A stretch of 64,000 nt of DNA from Felis catus (GCF_018350175.1 NC_058370.1:136276001-136340000); one strand, 5' to 3'; positions 24,267 through 38,536 are shown, counted from the stretch's first letter. Notes: a model not told the origin generated them from the sequence alone. Translations and numbers: made by a program.

Positions 24267-24849
24267 GAGCAGACAAATTTCTGAAGCTCTCGGATAAGGA
24301 AGTGCTTTGTCTTTCCACATACCCTGTCCAGGAGAGAATGGGAAGGGCCTCCTCTAGAGACTCCTACAGATACTTGACCAAAAGGAGTGGAGTGGAAGAA
24401 GGAAACCAGTACCTGAAGCAAACAGAGCACCTTCTCTTTGCTGTGTGTGTCGATGGCAAATGCGGGCAGAGGCAGGGTCTGGAAGCGGAACGAGGGTGGG
24501 GAGGATGTTGTCCCACTCTGGGAAAGGCCAAACTGCCATACTTCTTCTCTCTTCTACTCACACAGAGATGGCGGGGGGAGCACGCAGACATCAAGTCTTG
24601 CAACCACCGAAACACGTGCAGGGCCCCGTTGGGGTGGGAAAGTCAAATCGTGGAGTGCAGCCTAAACGGTGAGGAGATAAGACAACACCAAATAGATTAC
24701 TTGGTTCTCACTCTTCATGGGTTAGGCACCTAGGCCACTGTCATTTAAGTATTAAAGATGACAGGAACTCTGAAATGCTGGGAAATTTGGGGACCCCTGG
24801 AGGCTAACGCTTAGATGCCACACAATATGGCCGACAGTCTTCTCAGCCA

Positions 24850-24990
24850 GTCCATGTGCTAGGCATTGTCATCTTAGTATCCCTGATTTTTAAATAAAAC
24901 GGGACACCAAGAGGAAATAACTTATCCAAGGTCTTTCTGCTGGTTAATGGAATTTAAAAGCAGACCTATCAAATGTGTGTGTTAACCAGC
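24850..24990 (-). mobile_element. MIR relic
   Basis: atgtgctaggcattg...aacttatccaaggtc...ggaatttaaaagcagacc. Confidence 0.6.
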
Positions 24991-25269
24991 AGTGACCCCT
25001 CAGCTGACCAAGGCCCAGGCACCAAGACCTGGACCTCAGAGAAACGACGCTCTTGGTAAGAGAGTACGTGTGGGGCACAGAGATGTAGTCTTTAAAAATA
25101 TATTCACAATTATAATCACATATTTGTACAACATAACAAAGTAAATATCCTTTGTCTTTCAATGCAAGGTAAGGAAGCAAATTTTGCCAAAACATTACGT
25201 GCCAGTAGGATGTAGAGTTTTAAATTATGTTAAAGATTTCATTGATCACATTGCTTTAAAAATTCTGTT

Positions 25270-25380
25270 TGCACATGTATTATCACTCCTTAACTGTGAG
25301 CTCTTGGAGGACAAAAATCAGCTATATTTATTTTTACGTCCCTAGGACCTTCCTCTCTGGATCAGAACCTTAAACATGAC
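25270..25380 (+). mobile_element. L2 3' relic
   Basis: aactgtgagctcttggaggacaaaaatc. Confidence 0.6.
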
Positions 25381-26524
25381 ATACATATTTACCTCACTCT
25401 ACAAAATCTTAAGAACTCCTTTCAGAGCGAAGCAATCTGTTGCAATAAAACCACCGTTGGTTTTGTCTTTAAGGTGTGATCTTGACTTTCGGCAATGAAT
25501 CCCCGACCTTTTGAAAAATCTCATTGTATCTTGACACAACGTTCTCCATCTGCTTATGAAGGAGCTATTGACAATATGTAAATCACAATTGTATGAGTGA
25601 AGACTTTTGGGTGGCTTACAAGCTTCAGAACCCAACTTGAGCTCCAGGAAAATAGAGGAGTTGCACTGATTCCCATCAACCAAACTGAGGGAAGAAAAAA
25701 TGTCCTGCATAGGACCAGGGATAAATGGATTGAGGACTCCAGTGTCACCAGATCCTGTTCTCCATCTCTCATTCCTAGTTCTTTTTCCAGGAGAGCCCCA
25801 TTTCTTGCAATGGCTTCATTACCGTATTGGAAAAGGTCAATGTTAGCAGGTCACACCCCTCGTGTCTCAAAGCTCTGTCACCAGTTGAGTCTGCTTCTCC
25901 CAACTCATCTTTGTCAATTCAGAAAGGTCAGGGGAAGGGGTCTGACGTGCTTGGCTTGGTTCAAACTCGTCTTAGATGGATCAACTTTGGGTTCAAACTC
26001 TTCTTAGATGGATCAACTAAGAGGGAGCCATCTTACATATTATGCAATTAACTGAAGATCTTTCATCCTAGGTGAATGTGGAAAGCAAGGAGGGAGAGAG
26101 CGGGAGAGAGAGACAGACACTAATGATAGTGTCCCTGGCATTGCATTGACTATGGGACACGCTAAAGGGAGCACACAGGAGCCCTGAGTCTCCTCTCCCC
26201 AGCTCCTCCCCATGTCTGTGTATCTTTCCAAGTTGAGGTTCTACCGTATAACATCATTTATTTTTAAGATCGTGATCCCTAAACACAAGCCAACTAGCTC
26301 ATTTAAGAGCCACTTGAATAAGCAGCTGTCTTTTCTGATCCTAGAGCCAAATTTGGCTATGTTGACTTTATTGAGAAGTGCTATGCTGTTGTCCAACTTG
26401 GCATATCAATGTGTCTATCTGAATTATATTTTAAGGACAATTCAAAGGAATTTCAAGGATATCTTAAATTATGTGTTTCCCTATCAGTGGTTTTTAAAGC
26501 TTATTCCCTTTGAAATTTATACCG

Positions 26525-26745
26525 ACAGGAAATAGATGAGTGGTTTTCTGCCTGGGTTTTCTGGGTGGGAGGGTAGAAAGGGAATTAACTAAAGGATATA
26601 AAGTTCCTTCGTGAGGTCATGACAATGTTTTAAATTGTCTGGTGATGGTTGCACATATTTATAAATATGCTGGAAACAATCTAATTGTACAATTTAAGTA
26701 TTTGACTCGTATGACATGTTACTTATTTCTCAATAGCTGTTAAAA
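26525..26745 (+). mobile_element. L1MB-like 3' end
   Basis: ggtgatggttgcaca...aattgtacaatttaa...tttctcaatagctgttaaaa. Confidence 0.8.
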
Positions 26746-27706
26746 GGAACCTTAACCCCATCATTAAATTAGGTGGCATTTTAACGCAGAAGGATGGAGA
26801 CAAGTGTTCGGCAAAGCCTCTCCTACCTGAAGATAAACCAAAGTTTCTAGGAATAGAAAGATGCTGAGTCGTGTGTCTGCTGTTCCGGGTCCCTCTAGAC
26901 TCCTTCTACAAGGAGTGACTCTTCTACAAGGCACACATTCTAGAATAGAAGTAAGAAGAGCAGAAGTAGGAAAGGAAAAATGAGGGAAAGAGTGCTAGAA
27001 TGACTACTTGAACACCAGAGGAGTGAGCCTGGTGTGAGCAAAGGAAGTCAAAGAAAATACTGTGGTGCATGCAGGGCAAGCCCTCACACCTGCCAAGTGC
27101 TAGCTAGTGCATAACAACCTGCCTTCGGGCAGAGCAGGACGGAGTGAGTGGAAATGAGAGAGCACGTACTAAAGGGTAGAAAGCGGCAGCAGAATTTGGA
27201 TATCAATGGCAGACATAGAGCTGGGGAGCATTTACAGGCTAAATAAGGCAAGAAACATTGTCCTATATTCCTAAAGAGGGTTACTAAGAGGGGGAGCTTA
27301 TGCACACCCAATTCTGGTCAGGAGAGGAGTAGCTGCTATTAGGCTGGAGAAGGTTGTGCAGACGGGCAAGCAGAGAGACAAGGGCAGCCAACATTCACTT
27401 GACTGGATGGGAATTTGTAGCTGCCATCCTCACACTATGCCCAGGAGTCATCGCACATCTTGCTCATAAAAGAACATCAGAAGAGGCCACTGGGCCATCA
27501 AAGACCGAAGGAAATGCCTGTATCTTCTGAAATCAATCAATAAATAATAAATGAACACACACGGTTTAGAGGCTTTGTGAATTCTGGGGCTTGCATGATC
27601 TTCTCTGCTTTCGTAGCCTACCGAGATTGTCAGAAAGCTTGACTTCTTGCGTGTTATTTTACAATCAATTGCTTTCCCTAAAAGTGCCTGCATCCTCGTA
27701 GACAGA

Positions 27707-28312
27707 TGGTATAATGGACAAACAAAAATGGCCCCTGTAGCTGAATGACTATGAGAAGCAGCGTTTTCAAACCTAAGTCCCAAGAAAGCCCAGAGTAAAG
27801 GCGGGGGTAGATGCATTGTGTTCATGGCCTCCGCACATCGCCCCTCCCTCTTTCCATCCTCTATGCTATTTAGCCTTGTGCTACTCTCACAAAAGAGTTG
27901 AATCTCTTTCCAGACTCTGTGACTCTGGGTGGTCACAGGACACGCTTTGGCCAGTATAATGCAGTGGCAGTGACCATGTCAGTTATACATTTGGGCCATG
28001 AGGACTTTGCCTTTCCTCCTGCTTGGTCTTGTGGAAGAAGCTTGGGGTCACCAGCTGGTGGTGAGAGATGGGTGGGTAGGATGGGGTCATATTTCATAGT
28101 CATCTCAGATGAGGGTGTTGTAGGTGAGTTAACACCCTGCTGATTACCAGACGTAAGACTGAGCCCCGTCAAGATCAGGAGAACCCTCCAGAAGAGCCTG
28201 GTCAACATCTCTGATGCACAGACTCCTGAGCTCAACAAATGTGTATTGTGTCAATCCACTAGGTGTTGTTATTATTTGTGACGAAGAATTATGGCAGGTA
28301 GGGGTAACTAAC
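27707..28312 (+). mobile_element. MLT1 (MaLR) solo LTR, old subfamily
   Basis: aaaatggcccc...tttggccagtataatg...ccactaggtgttg...atttgtgacg...gtaactaac. Confidence 0.65.
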
Positions 28313-28344
28313 AAACGAACTAATGAGAGAATGTATGTGAATAT

Positions 28345-28535
28345 CTGATTGTCTCTGGTGCATTGCATGGTATTTACACTAACATTAACTTAAAATATCA
28401 ATGTCATTATCTCCGTTATATAACAGTAATATCACAGATGGTAAGTAATGTTTTTCTAGATCACTTAGCCGGTGATTAAAATCGGGTTCCAATCCCAGGT
28501 AGTCTGACTACAAACGCATGGTTTATTTGTTTTTC
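28345..28535 (-). mobile_element. MIR relic
   Basis: cattatctccgtt...ggttccaatcccaggtagtctgactacaaacgcatg. Confidence 0.65.
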
Positions 28536-29764
28536 TTAACATAGTTACATCACACTGTACTTCTTTTTCTGCTCTGTAAGATGAGACAATAATCACCTGA
28601 GAGCAAACAGGGCTGAAACGTTGGCGGTCTGTGTATGTCTTAGGACTACACATAGGCTCCTCAGTGACCTGGTAAATCATAACACCGCTAACTTAGTAGG
28701 AGTGAAATCGAATATGGAGAGTTGGAGAGCTAGTGGTCACAGTCTTCGTGGCCTAATTGTGTGTTGCCAATTTTAAACTCCAGCCGATCACTACCTACCC
28801 AGCGATCGGGTCCCATAATTAAAGGCCACCCAGAGATTTCACATGCACACCGCACTGAGTCTTACCAGACCTTGACTGGAGCCCAGGTTCCGCTGCCAGA
28901 GAACTGGGCCAACCTGAGCAATGAGTCCACCTGGGATCCCGTATCAACCTAGAGTGAACTCTGTATTAAAACGCAGGTGTAACTTAGAACTCACCTGAAG
29001 TCAACAGATTCTTTCATATTACACACGAGAAGACACGGAACAAGGTGTCAACATCCCACACCATCTGCTTTCTGAGCACATCCAGGGCTGCCTCATGCCC
29101 TGTTTTCATGGCTGGACTTGAGCACATGTGCAACGAGTGCCTTGTCCCCGTCTGCAACAATGGACAGGAGACAGGAGCGGCTTAGAAACCACAAGGGATT
29201 TCCTTCTCTTGATCTGTAACAGGCTGTTTGATGCTTTTATGAGCCGTCTGCTGCTTTACCATTGTCTGGCGTGGTCACCAGACACATTGACTGGTGTGCT
29301 TCAGTCTCAGGCTAAGCAGGACGGGATCCGTCAGGAGTTTGTTGCCTCCCGTCTGAGTCTGACTTTTTCTTCTGTGTTAGGCCATTTAACCTTAACCCTA
29401 CCTTTCTGACATGATATCAACGACCTGTCTGGAAAAGGATGTTCAAAGTTCCCATGATAAATAATAAATCAAAGCAATGTAACTGTCAAATAGAAGTATG
29501 TTGTGCAGGATTTTTTTTTTTCTCTTGGTATCATGAAGTATCGGAGAGGGAAGGGAATTGGGAGTCAAGATTGCTCAACAATTTCTGTGGTAGAGAATTT
29601 GGGAGCTGGAAAGGGAAGGGGCCTCCCCGCTCACGGGGCCAGGTGGATGCTGGGCAGCGGGGGACACAGCTCTCTTGACAATGATGTCGGTATCTTCCTC
29701 TGCAACATGGCACCTTTTGACCCTCCATTAATATTTCTTGGTTACATACCTGTGAGCTTTCACT

Positions 29765-30139
29765 GGTGAATGAGTCTGCTTGAGCTGTTACAAGAAACAC
29801 CACGGACCAAGGAGCTTACACAGCAGAAATTTATTGTCTCATGTTTCCAGAAACTGGAAGTCAGAGATCAAAGTGTTCTCACAGTTGGGTTCTGGTCTGA
29901 GGACCCTCTCCCTATCTTGCAGATGGCTGCTTTTTCTCTCTATCCTTGCTTGGCAGAGAAAGAGAGCTCTGGTGTCTCGTCCTTCTCTTAGAAGGACACT
30001 CACTCAGTCATGAGGGCCCCTCCTTCAGCAGCTCAGTAATGCTGGTCGCTTCTCAAGGCCAAGCCTCCAAATACCGTTCTGATGAGGTTAGGGCTTCAAT
30101 ATATGAATTTTTGGGGACACAGACATTCAGTCCATAACA
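29765..30139 (-). mobile_element. MLT1A-like (MaLR) solo LTR
   Basis: agaaatttattgtctca...tgcagatggctgc...gttagggcttcaatatatgaattttggggacacagacattcagtccataaca. Confidence 0.92.
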
Positions 30140-30977
30140 ACCTGTTTGTAATCGTTCAAGGTTGTCCCATAGCCATTCATTCAATAGTTGTTCAAGAACA
30201 ACCTGTAATCTCTTCATACTGTCTCTCTTAAAGGGCTCTACTGCAGTGAAATAATTTTGGATATGCCATAATATACGTGCAGAGGTGTATACTCCCCTAC
30301 TTAAGGTCCTTCCGGCCAAGCGATCTCCATTGCCATAGCGAGAAGGTGTTATCAAGAGGCCCAAAGCATGAGAAAGCTTATTGCAGTCTAGGGTCTAGAC
30401 CATTCAACCACTTACTTAATATTTTATTGGCTTAATAAATAAGGATTTTCTTCTCTCGCAACACAGTCAGAGAAACAGTCCTAGAAAATAATTTATGTTT
30501 ATATTTTACACATGAACATGCTGGCTGAAAAGTCAAGTGTTTGGACTGGAGATTCAAGAGTGCCAAGAAAGCTTTCAGCTGGGCAGCTCGCCAGCCCCGG
30601 CTCTGACATTGGTTCCGGAAGTTTCCGCCGGACCTGGATGACCTGTGGCAGTAGTTTTGCTGGACACTCATTGGAGATGTGAGGACAAAGTGTGATGTGG
30701 AGCCTCCAGTCACCTTACAGGGCACACCAAATGCCCTCTCCAGGAAGAAGCACTTACCACAGTTCAAAGATGCCTCACAGATAAAATCTCAAAGAACATG
30801 GGCTCGCAATCAAGAGTCCCTACATATCTCTGGAAAGAGAAGGCCATCAGAAAGGAGAGATAACACAATTAGTGCTACATAAATAGATACCAGAATCGTC
30901 ATATGTAGAATATAAAATAAGTATATGTAATTTGGTGAAGAAAATTGTTTTGAAAAACCAATAAAAACCATAAGAAT

Positions 30978-31190
30978 GGGGCGCCTGGGTGGCACAGTCG
31001 GTTAACCGTCCGACTTCAACCAGGTCACGATCTCGCGGTCCGTGAGTTCGAGCCCCGCGTCAGGCTCTGGGCTGATGGCTCAGAGCCTGGAGCCTGTTTC
31101 CGATTCTGTGTCTCCCTCTCTCTCTGCCCCTCCCCCATTCATGCTCTGTCTCTCTCTGTCCCAAAAATAAATAAACGTTGAAAAAAAAAA
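30978..31190 (+). mobile_element. young felid CanSINE
   Basis: near-identical to copies at 32386 and 38537; cataagaa duplicated on both flanks. Confidence 0.97.
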
Positions 31191-31984
31191 CATAAGAAAC
31201 TAGCAAGAATGACTCACAAGATTTCAAGAAGGGACCAAACAGAATCTGAAAATATGTAATAATTGGCATTAGATACAAATGAGAAAGTCAAACATGAGAT
31301 TAGACCCCACTGAAAAGAGAATTAGCAAACAGAAAGATAGATTGGAAGAAATTATAGATCAAAAGAAATTGCAAAAAAAAAATGCTAAATTGAGAATTAC
31401 AGCAAAAAAAAAATTAACAGATCAAATGAGATTGAGTTTACAGTGAGAAAACCTAAATTAGATCTGGTAGCAGCAACTGAGGGAAAGAAATGCCCAGAAT
31501 GAGCAAAAGGAAATACTGAGCGAAAACCTGACTACTTTAAGAACTGATGAAAGATAGCAATCTTCAGAGGTAAGATAGCCAACATATGCCTAAAATTTAT
31601 TTTTTTCAAAAATTATAGTGATATTGTAGGACCCCTGGGCCAAAAAGGAGTCATTCAAGTAAGCTGGAATTGAAATATAGATTCTCAGCAAAGGAATTAC
31701 ATCGTAGTGAATTTATACATTGTATTTCAGTTATACTGAACACTGACCTCTCATTCCCAACAATTATAGCCTGAAAGCTTCCTCAGCCAGTCTGGAGAAG
31801 AGTTTACCGTTTCCTTAAAAATCGAAACACAATGCACGATACATACTGGCAGTTCCCCAACAGAATTAGCAACACTCTCCTCCACAAAGATGATACACAA
31901 ATGTGCAAAGCAGCTTTGTTTGAAACAGTCACAGTGGAATAACCCCAACGTCCATAAACAGGCAAATGCATAACCAAAAATAGT

Positions 31985-32052
31985 CTATATATATACATAA
32001 CATAGTGTGTGTGTATATATATATAATATATATATATATTATATATATATCA
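31985..32052. repeat. (TA)n/(TG)n microsatellite
   Basis: visible dinucleotide runs. Confidence 0.9.
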
Positions 32053-32385
32053 TATTACATAGAACATACATTTTACTTATTGCATAGAATGCTATTCAGG
32101 AAAAAAATGAAGTCATGATGCACCTATGGACAAGGATAAACCTTAAAATTACTATGCTAGGCGGAAGAAACCAGAACAAACAAACAAAAAGATGACATTT
32201 ATTTGGTGTTCTAGAAATCTGCAACCTAATGTATTGTGACAGCAAATAGAGACAGTGGTCTCCTGAAGGTGTTTGGAGGAAGGTGTAGGCTGGAAAGAGG
32301 CAAAGGAGTATTTGGGGTATGATGCAAATATTCAGTTTCCATCTGGAAATGATGGATCATGTTGCTGATTTAAAAGTGCATGCAG

Positions 32386-32611
32386 GGGGCGCCTGGGTGG
32401 CGCAGTCGGTTAAGCGTCCGACTTCAGCCAGGTCACGGTCTCGCGGTCCGTGAGTTCGAGCCCCGCGTCGGGCTCTGGGCTGATGGCTCGGAGCCTGGAG
32501 CCTGTTTCCGATTCTGTGTCTCCCTCTCTCTCTGCCCCTCCCCCGTTCATGCTCTGTCTCTCTCTGTCCCAAAAATAAATAAACGTTGAAAAAAAATTAA
32601 AAAAAATAAAA
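32386..32611 (+). mobile_element. young felid CanSINE
   Basis: TSD TAAAAGTGCATGCAG at 32371-32385 and 32612-32626. Confidence 0.98.
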
Positions 32612-32957
32612 TAAAAGTGCATGCAGATGACATCATACTGTGTGCTTTAAATATCATACTGAAAAAAATTTGTATACAATGACATACCTACTTAAAATCA
32701 AAACTTATAACATTGTGATGTAGGTTTAGTACGTATGTAGGTACAAGATAAGACAACGCATGTACGAGTAATGAGGCAGTTGGCTCTATACCATTACAAG
32801 ATTTGTAGAACTTATTCTACATACTAGCAGTAACAATGGGAAACAAAATTAATAAAAATTATGAAATACTTGGGAATAAATGTAATGAAAATTGTTGAGG
32901 GGCTCAAGAAAACATCACTGTGAGTAACTGAAAAGTACATAAACAGGAAGAATAAGT

Positions 32958-34580
32958 GTGATGATGTCTCACGTACTTTCATGTGCTTTTCTGCCATTAG
33001 TAACCTTCTCTGTTGAAGTTTCTGTACAAGTCTTTTTGACTACTTTTAACTGTTTTCTTTTCTTTTCTTTTTTTTTTTTTTTGAGAGACAGAGTGAGACA
33101 GAGGGTGAGCAGGGGAGGGGCAGAGAGAGAGGGAGACACAGAATCCGAAGCAGGTTCCAGGCTCCGAGCTGTGAGCACAGAGCCCGACGCGGGGCTCGAA
33201 CCCAGGAACCGTGAGATCATGACCTGAGCCAAAGTCGGACGCTTAACTGACTGAGCCACCCAGGTGCCCCAGTTTTTGACTATTTTTAAAATGGGGTTTT
33301 GGTCTTCTTATTGATTGATTTTATCTTATTATTGATTTTTGACTGACCTTTACATATTACAGATACAGACCTTTTTTTCGATACATGCTTTTCAATGTTC
33401 TCTCCCAGACTGTGTCTTACCTTTTTATTCTCTTAATACTGTCCTTCAAAAGCAGAACTTTTTAACTAATGTATTATTTCATGTGTTAAGCTTTTCATGA
33501 CATATCTAAGAAACTTCTGTCCGACCCAAAGTCTATGTGTTCTTTGAGAAGTGTTGTGGTTTTATGCTTTGCATTTAAGTCTGGAACCTATTTAGGGTCC
33601 ATTTTAATTTATGGAGCGACAGAGGTTTAGGGATGGTTTGCTGTTTTTCTATTTTTACCTGTAAAGTCCAATCATTCAGCACTCAGTTGTTGAAGAGACC
33701 ACCCTCCATCGAGTTACGGTTGAAGCTTTGTCAAAAATAAATTGTTCATGTACGTTTGGATTGGTTTCTGGGCTCTGTTCTTTTCCACTGATCTATGCAT
33801 CGTCTGTTTTTCCAACACCACCTTGCCTCAACTCCTCCAGCTTTTTAATACGTCTTGAATCTGGTAATATGGGTTTACCAAATTAGACCTTTCTTCCAAA
33901 ATTTTGGTTTCTTTTATTTTTAATATAAAATTTGGGTGAATCGCTTCTATGATCGTTATGTGAGGACAGAGCCATGCCCTGAGTAGAAAAAGTATTCCCA
34001 CTTGAGGCAAGGCTCTCTGTCTACGTTACCCCATGCTCTGTGAGTCTTGAGGGGACTGTAGCTGGGGGGACAGGCACTATTTATGTCAGCCCTGTGTGAA
34101 CACACAGGACTGTCACCTTCGTCTCTTCGGTGCTTCATCTCTTTCCCTCAAGGTGTTTGCCCGGGTGACGTGCTGTTCAGCGCTCATCGTAAATGAAGGA
34201 CCTTCTGCAGATTCCGGCAGGTTCCGGGGCTCCTCGGTATAGCGTTCTCCCACCCAACACTCAGCCCTGAGAATCTGAGCTGCTTAGGGTCCCGGACCCT
34301 CAGCCCTGTCCCCTCGCCTCGGGGAGCCTGGGGTGCTCTGCCTGGCTTCCCCTCCCTGAACCCGACCCTGAAAATCTGTCCAGACTCTGTGTCCGGCGAT
34401 CCTAGGGCTCACAGAATCTGTTTCCCGCCTCTTGGGGATGCCCGACCTTCTCCGCCTGACGCACGGTGTCCTGAAAGGCCTTGGGTCAAAAACAACCTCC
34501 ACTTCTGGTTATTTTTTATATCAGAGAGTGAGTCTAATTCCTGCTCTGGGATCCTGGCCATAAGTGCAAGTCCAAAGTCA
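32958..34580 (-). mobile_element. ancient L1M (ORF2 part plus L1M4/L1MC-like 5' region)
   Basis: ttcatgtgcttttctgccatt...ctttgtcaaaaataaattg...ttccactgatctatg; 5' part ctctgcctggcttcccctccctg...tagggctcac. Confidence 0.75.
33052..33270 (-). mobile_element. CanSINE
   Basis: TSD tttttgacta(c/t)ttttaa; head gagccacccaggtgcccc. Confidence 0.96.
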
Positions 34581-36009
34581 CAAGTTCTGATACTTCTTAA
34601 ACTTTTTCATGTTGTTTCAGCATTCAGTAGGCAATAAACCGTATTTTTTGATCTATCTAAATAAACAATTGACAACGTTTTTTCTTTGTTCTATGCCAAG
34701 GTTCTTTCTCTATCCCAGGAGCCCATAGTAAAAGCAACAATATAGTACAACTTTCTGCCAAACTACTTACAGGCTAACAGAGGACACAGGCACGCAAATA
34801 GACAATTGTTATACAGTTCGCTTTCGTGCAGAACTATCTTCAGGCGGTCTGAGTGGGGATCCGTGGACTGTGCTAGAAAACCATCCTGGCAGCAGTTTTG
34901 AGAAATGAGGCTACCCTTTCTTCCTAGCTTTGACAGACCAAGTTCTCCCACAGAAATTCATGGATGCTAACGTTTTTTGTTTGTTTACATTCCAAGATTC
35001 CTGAATTTGAAATGCGTTGTAAATTGAAAGTGTGTTAGAATTTAACTGGAAGGATCTTTTTCTCTTTTTTTTTCTTACTGGCCTCTTAAACTGTGGAGTT
35101 TACAGTAGGATTTCCCTTAAATGACAATATATTCTAATAATGTAAACCCAGGTCAGATGTCACCTCCTCAGCGAAGACTTCTCTCTTTTCCCAAAGCGTG
35201 CAACAACCAATTTACATTTTGGAAAGAGTGGATGGAAGAAAAGAGGGAAGGAAAAAGAAAGGGAGAACCAGAGGAGAGACGGAGCTGAGGGAGAAACAGG
35301 ACGAGGAGAGGAGGGAAACCAAATACCTGAACTCTAGATTCTCTCTCTGAGCCATCAGCACTGGCCCAGCCCAATGCGCGGTCTTTGTCCGGGCGTTAAC
35401 TCTTACTTCCAGCCTGTAACCCTCAGCTAGGATTTCACTGCCTTTAGCCCGCAGCTAATGTGGAAAGAAGGCTGGATTTATGAAGTCTCCAGTCATTTGG
35501 AACTTGAGACCATGTTTCCACTAGCTGTTGAAACTGTTCCCAAGCCACGCTCAGGTGAATTTATCACCACATTGAAAATGATTAAGAAATAATTAATTGT
35601 TTGAAAAATCATGCCGAAGAATTTTTGGAACTTTCACCGCATCCGTGTTTTTTACATGCTCCTTAAATTAGCTTCGTGTGGTAGGTTACATGCGATCTGT
35701 CACTCCAGGTTATGAAATACACATGGATATTTTAAGTATACATATTCATAATATACTTGCAAATCCAAGTATATAAATACATAAGTGAATATATGTTCTA
35801 AACACAAATAAATTCATAGAAATAAATTGTATAAATACAATCCTACAATTCTATGTAATATGCTAATAAATACATAATTTATACATATGCGTATAACAAT
35901 ATACAATCACAGTCCTCCATCTCAGAATTCTTACTCTTCCGGACTTCCCTCCATACCCCCAGGGAGTCGGTGAGGTTTCATTGAACTTCTGGATTTTTCT
36001 TGATAACTG

Positions 36010-36230
36010 AACAGTGATAATCACAGCTAATATCTACTGAGCACTGATGAGTCAGGCAGTATTCTCAGCGTTTTCCTTGTGCAACGTAATTTAATCTGAA
36101 TGACGCGTGTATTGTCTGATGAGAAGCCAGAGGCACCTTAGGACTCACAGCCCTGTGCACAGCAGGAAGTACAAAGCCAGGGTCTGGGCTGGGCTGGGCT
36201 GCCTGGCTTCAGGCACCATTTTCATTGCCA
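36010..36230 (-). mobile_element. MIR relic
   Basis: gataatcacagctaatatctactgagcac...caggcagtattctcagcg. Confidence 0.7.
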
Positions 36231-38536
36231 CTAATCAATTATCGGACCTCTCGAGCTCTGTTTCTGGTTTTGAATGCAATTCAGATTTTCCTAAAAACTT
36301 TACAAAAAAACTGAAAGTTTTTCCCAAACAATGAAGATCTTTTGAGCACCCACCTCCCAGTCTCTTTAAGTCCGGTCGAGTGAGTACCCTGTTTGTATAT
36401 TTGTGGTTGAACAGGAATGAGAGTCCATAAAATACTAGTTGAAATATTTCCACTGTTTCTGCTGCTCAGACCTTGGCTTTCAATCTGTTCTTCCCTTCCT
36501 TCCTCCCTCCCTCTCTCTCGTTCCTCTTTCTCTACCTCCCTACTTTCAATCTGTCGTGCTGATTTCATTCCGAGTTGTGTCCAATTAGAGGTTCTTATGC
36601 AAAAAGAAAAAAATAGTAACAATAAAAAAATCAATATCAAGGTTCTGGCATTGCTACTGATGTGGTCAAAATGAGGCTCTGATCTTTCCTCCAGACGCTC
36701 CCCTCCCCCACCCGTCACAGGGCGTAATGCTTATGAATGCACATTCATATTCTTGGCTGGGGAAATATTGCCATAGCTCAGGTACCCACTGGGCTTTTCT
36801 CCGCTTTTGACAGAAGTTATATAGGGTTTATATTTAAAGAAAGAGAAATGAAAGGTTTTTCTGAATTCCTGACAGAAAATGGTGGGCTTTTTTTTATGTT
36901 CTACTCATGCCGGACCTTCATATAGGGGAAGCTAGCGATATCCTTTGCAAACAAAAGAAGCTTTTGGTAGGGCTCTTAATATGAAGGTCAAGGCTTTATT
37001 TATATTCACATTCAATTCACAAAGAATAAAAAATCAATACAGATACGAAGCTGACATACATTGTCCACAAGCCTTAGTATTTCTAAATGCAACACAGAAA
37101 CACACACAAAGGGAAACTTCGGCAGAAGAGTCTGGGTCACCGACGTTCACACAAAATTCTACACTTTGCCCCCAGATCCCAAATATAGAATCTGTTCTAC
37201 TAATGCTTTGCTATTTTTGAAATGCTCAAATGTATTGCCTGTTCTGCCTGCTCAATGCGTTTTATTAACAGCCTTTAGAAATTAGAGGGACTTCTGAATA
37301 CCGCTTCTTGCGTTTCAGGAATTTCCTGGTTACAGAGGGCAAAGGCTCGCACTAGGTGTACTTAGTGGGACTTAGGAGCCGTGAGGGATCAGGAGTGCTC
37401 CGTGGGTGAGGAAGCCAGCAACAATGCTGAACGGTGGCAGATTTTGACTCTAATCACAATGACAGAAAAAGACCAAGGCCCTGTCACTGGTCACACGTTC
37501 AGTTGCAGTGACATCTTTCAGGCTGTTACCCAAATGGTCCATTAAACATATTGAAAATGAGACAGCATCCCTCAGCCAGGCAGAATTCTTTATCCTCTTT
37601 TATCCTTGGACGTTTATGACTACAAAGAAATTGTAAGGCTACGGTAAGAATTATCCCCTGTCTGTCTTTCCGCCTCTAGCCTCAAAATAATGTCACTTAT
37701 TTAAACTGGCCACGTTCTGTACACAAGGCCATGCCTACGCGGGGGCAGGGTTTGAATGTCTTAGGATCTTTCGGCTACTTTTTTTGACGTGGTATTTGAA
37801 TTGTAGGGATGGACACATGGGTGTGTCCATACACACACAGAAAAGGGTGGAAAATGGAATTGTGGGACTTGTCACCATAGTTATTCAAAACACGAAGGGC
37901 GGTTTTCGCGGTCATTCGGGTCAAAATACAGATAGACCTTGAAAGAGGTGTCTCCCCAGGGCCAATGTCCATGGACAACTACAGGGCCCAGGAAGGCTCC
38001 CTCCTTCCCTACGGATGGCCAGTGGGCCAGGGAGGACAGCTCTCTCCCTGGACTCACCTCCCTGGGCTGTCCTCCCCTCTGTGCTGGACCTCCCCAAGCC
38101 CACCCCTGAACAGAGCAAGGCCCTCAGAGGAGTTCTCAATGCCGGGGAACCCGGGCACACTTGGGGCAGCCAGACAGGTCACACAAATACTTGGAAAACA
38201 AGAATCGGGGTCTTTTATCCATGGTAATCCCTAGTGGGAGATAAGCCAGAATCAGAGCAGAAGGTAATAAAGTAAAGGAGACCATGTAATCGTCCACGTT
38301 TACAGACACAGGTATTCATTGTGATTCCCGAATTTCTGACACCGCTGGGTGGCCTCCCCTCCCCGCCCCGTGGATGCTGTCAGAACCAGACCTTCCACTG
38401 CAGTCTGTTCAAGGCACGGATTCCGAACACCAGTAGGTGCGATCGAGGCTTACGAGAACATTCTAATCTAATAAATGTTAAATAATTATATTCTCACTCC
38501 ATGCATTTTATTCTTGTTTTAAAATAAGCTATTTCC

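Larger units (their letters stand above)
30730..32955 (+). mobile_element. fragmented ancient L1 (ORF1-like region, ORF2/3' pieces), interrupted by two SINEs and (TA)n
   Basis: A-rich decayed L1 motifs: gattagaccccactgaaaagagaattag; aaagcagctttgttt...ccccaacgtccat; aaatacttgggaataaat. Confidence 0.65.

Noticed and set aside
26898-26931. 7-bp hairpin overlapping a short direct repeat
   Set aside because: Expected by chance or local slippage.
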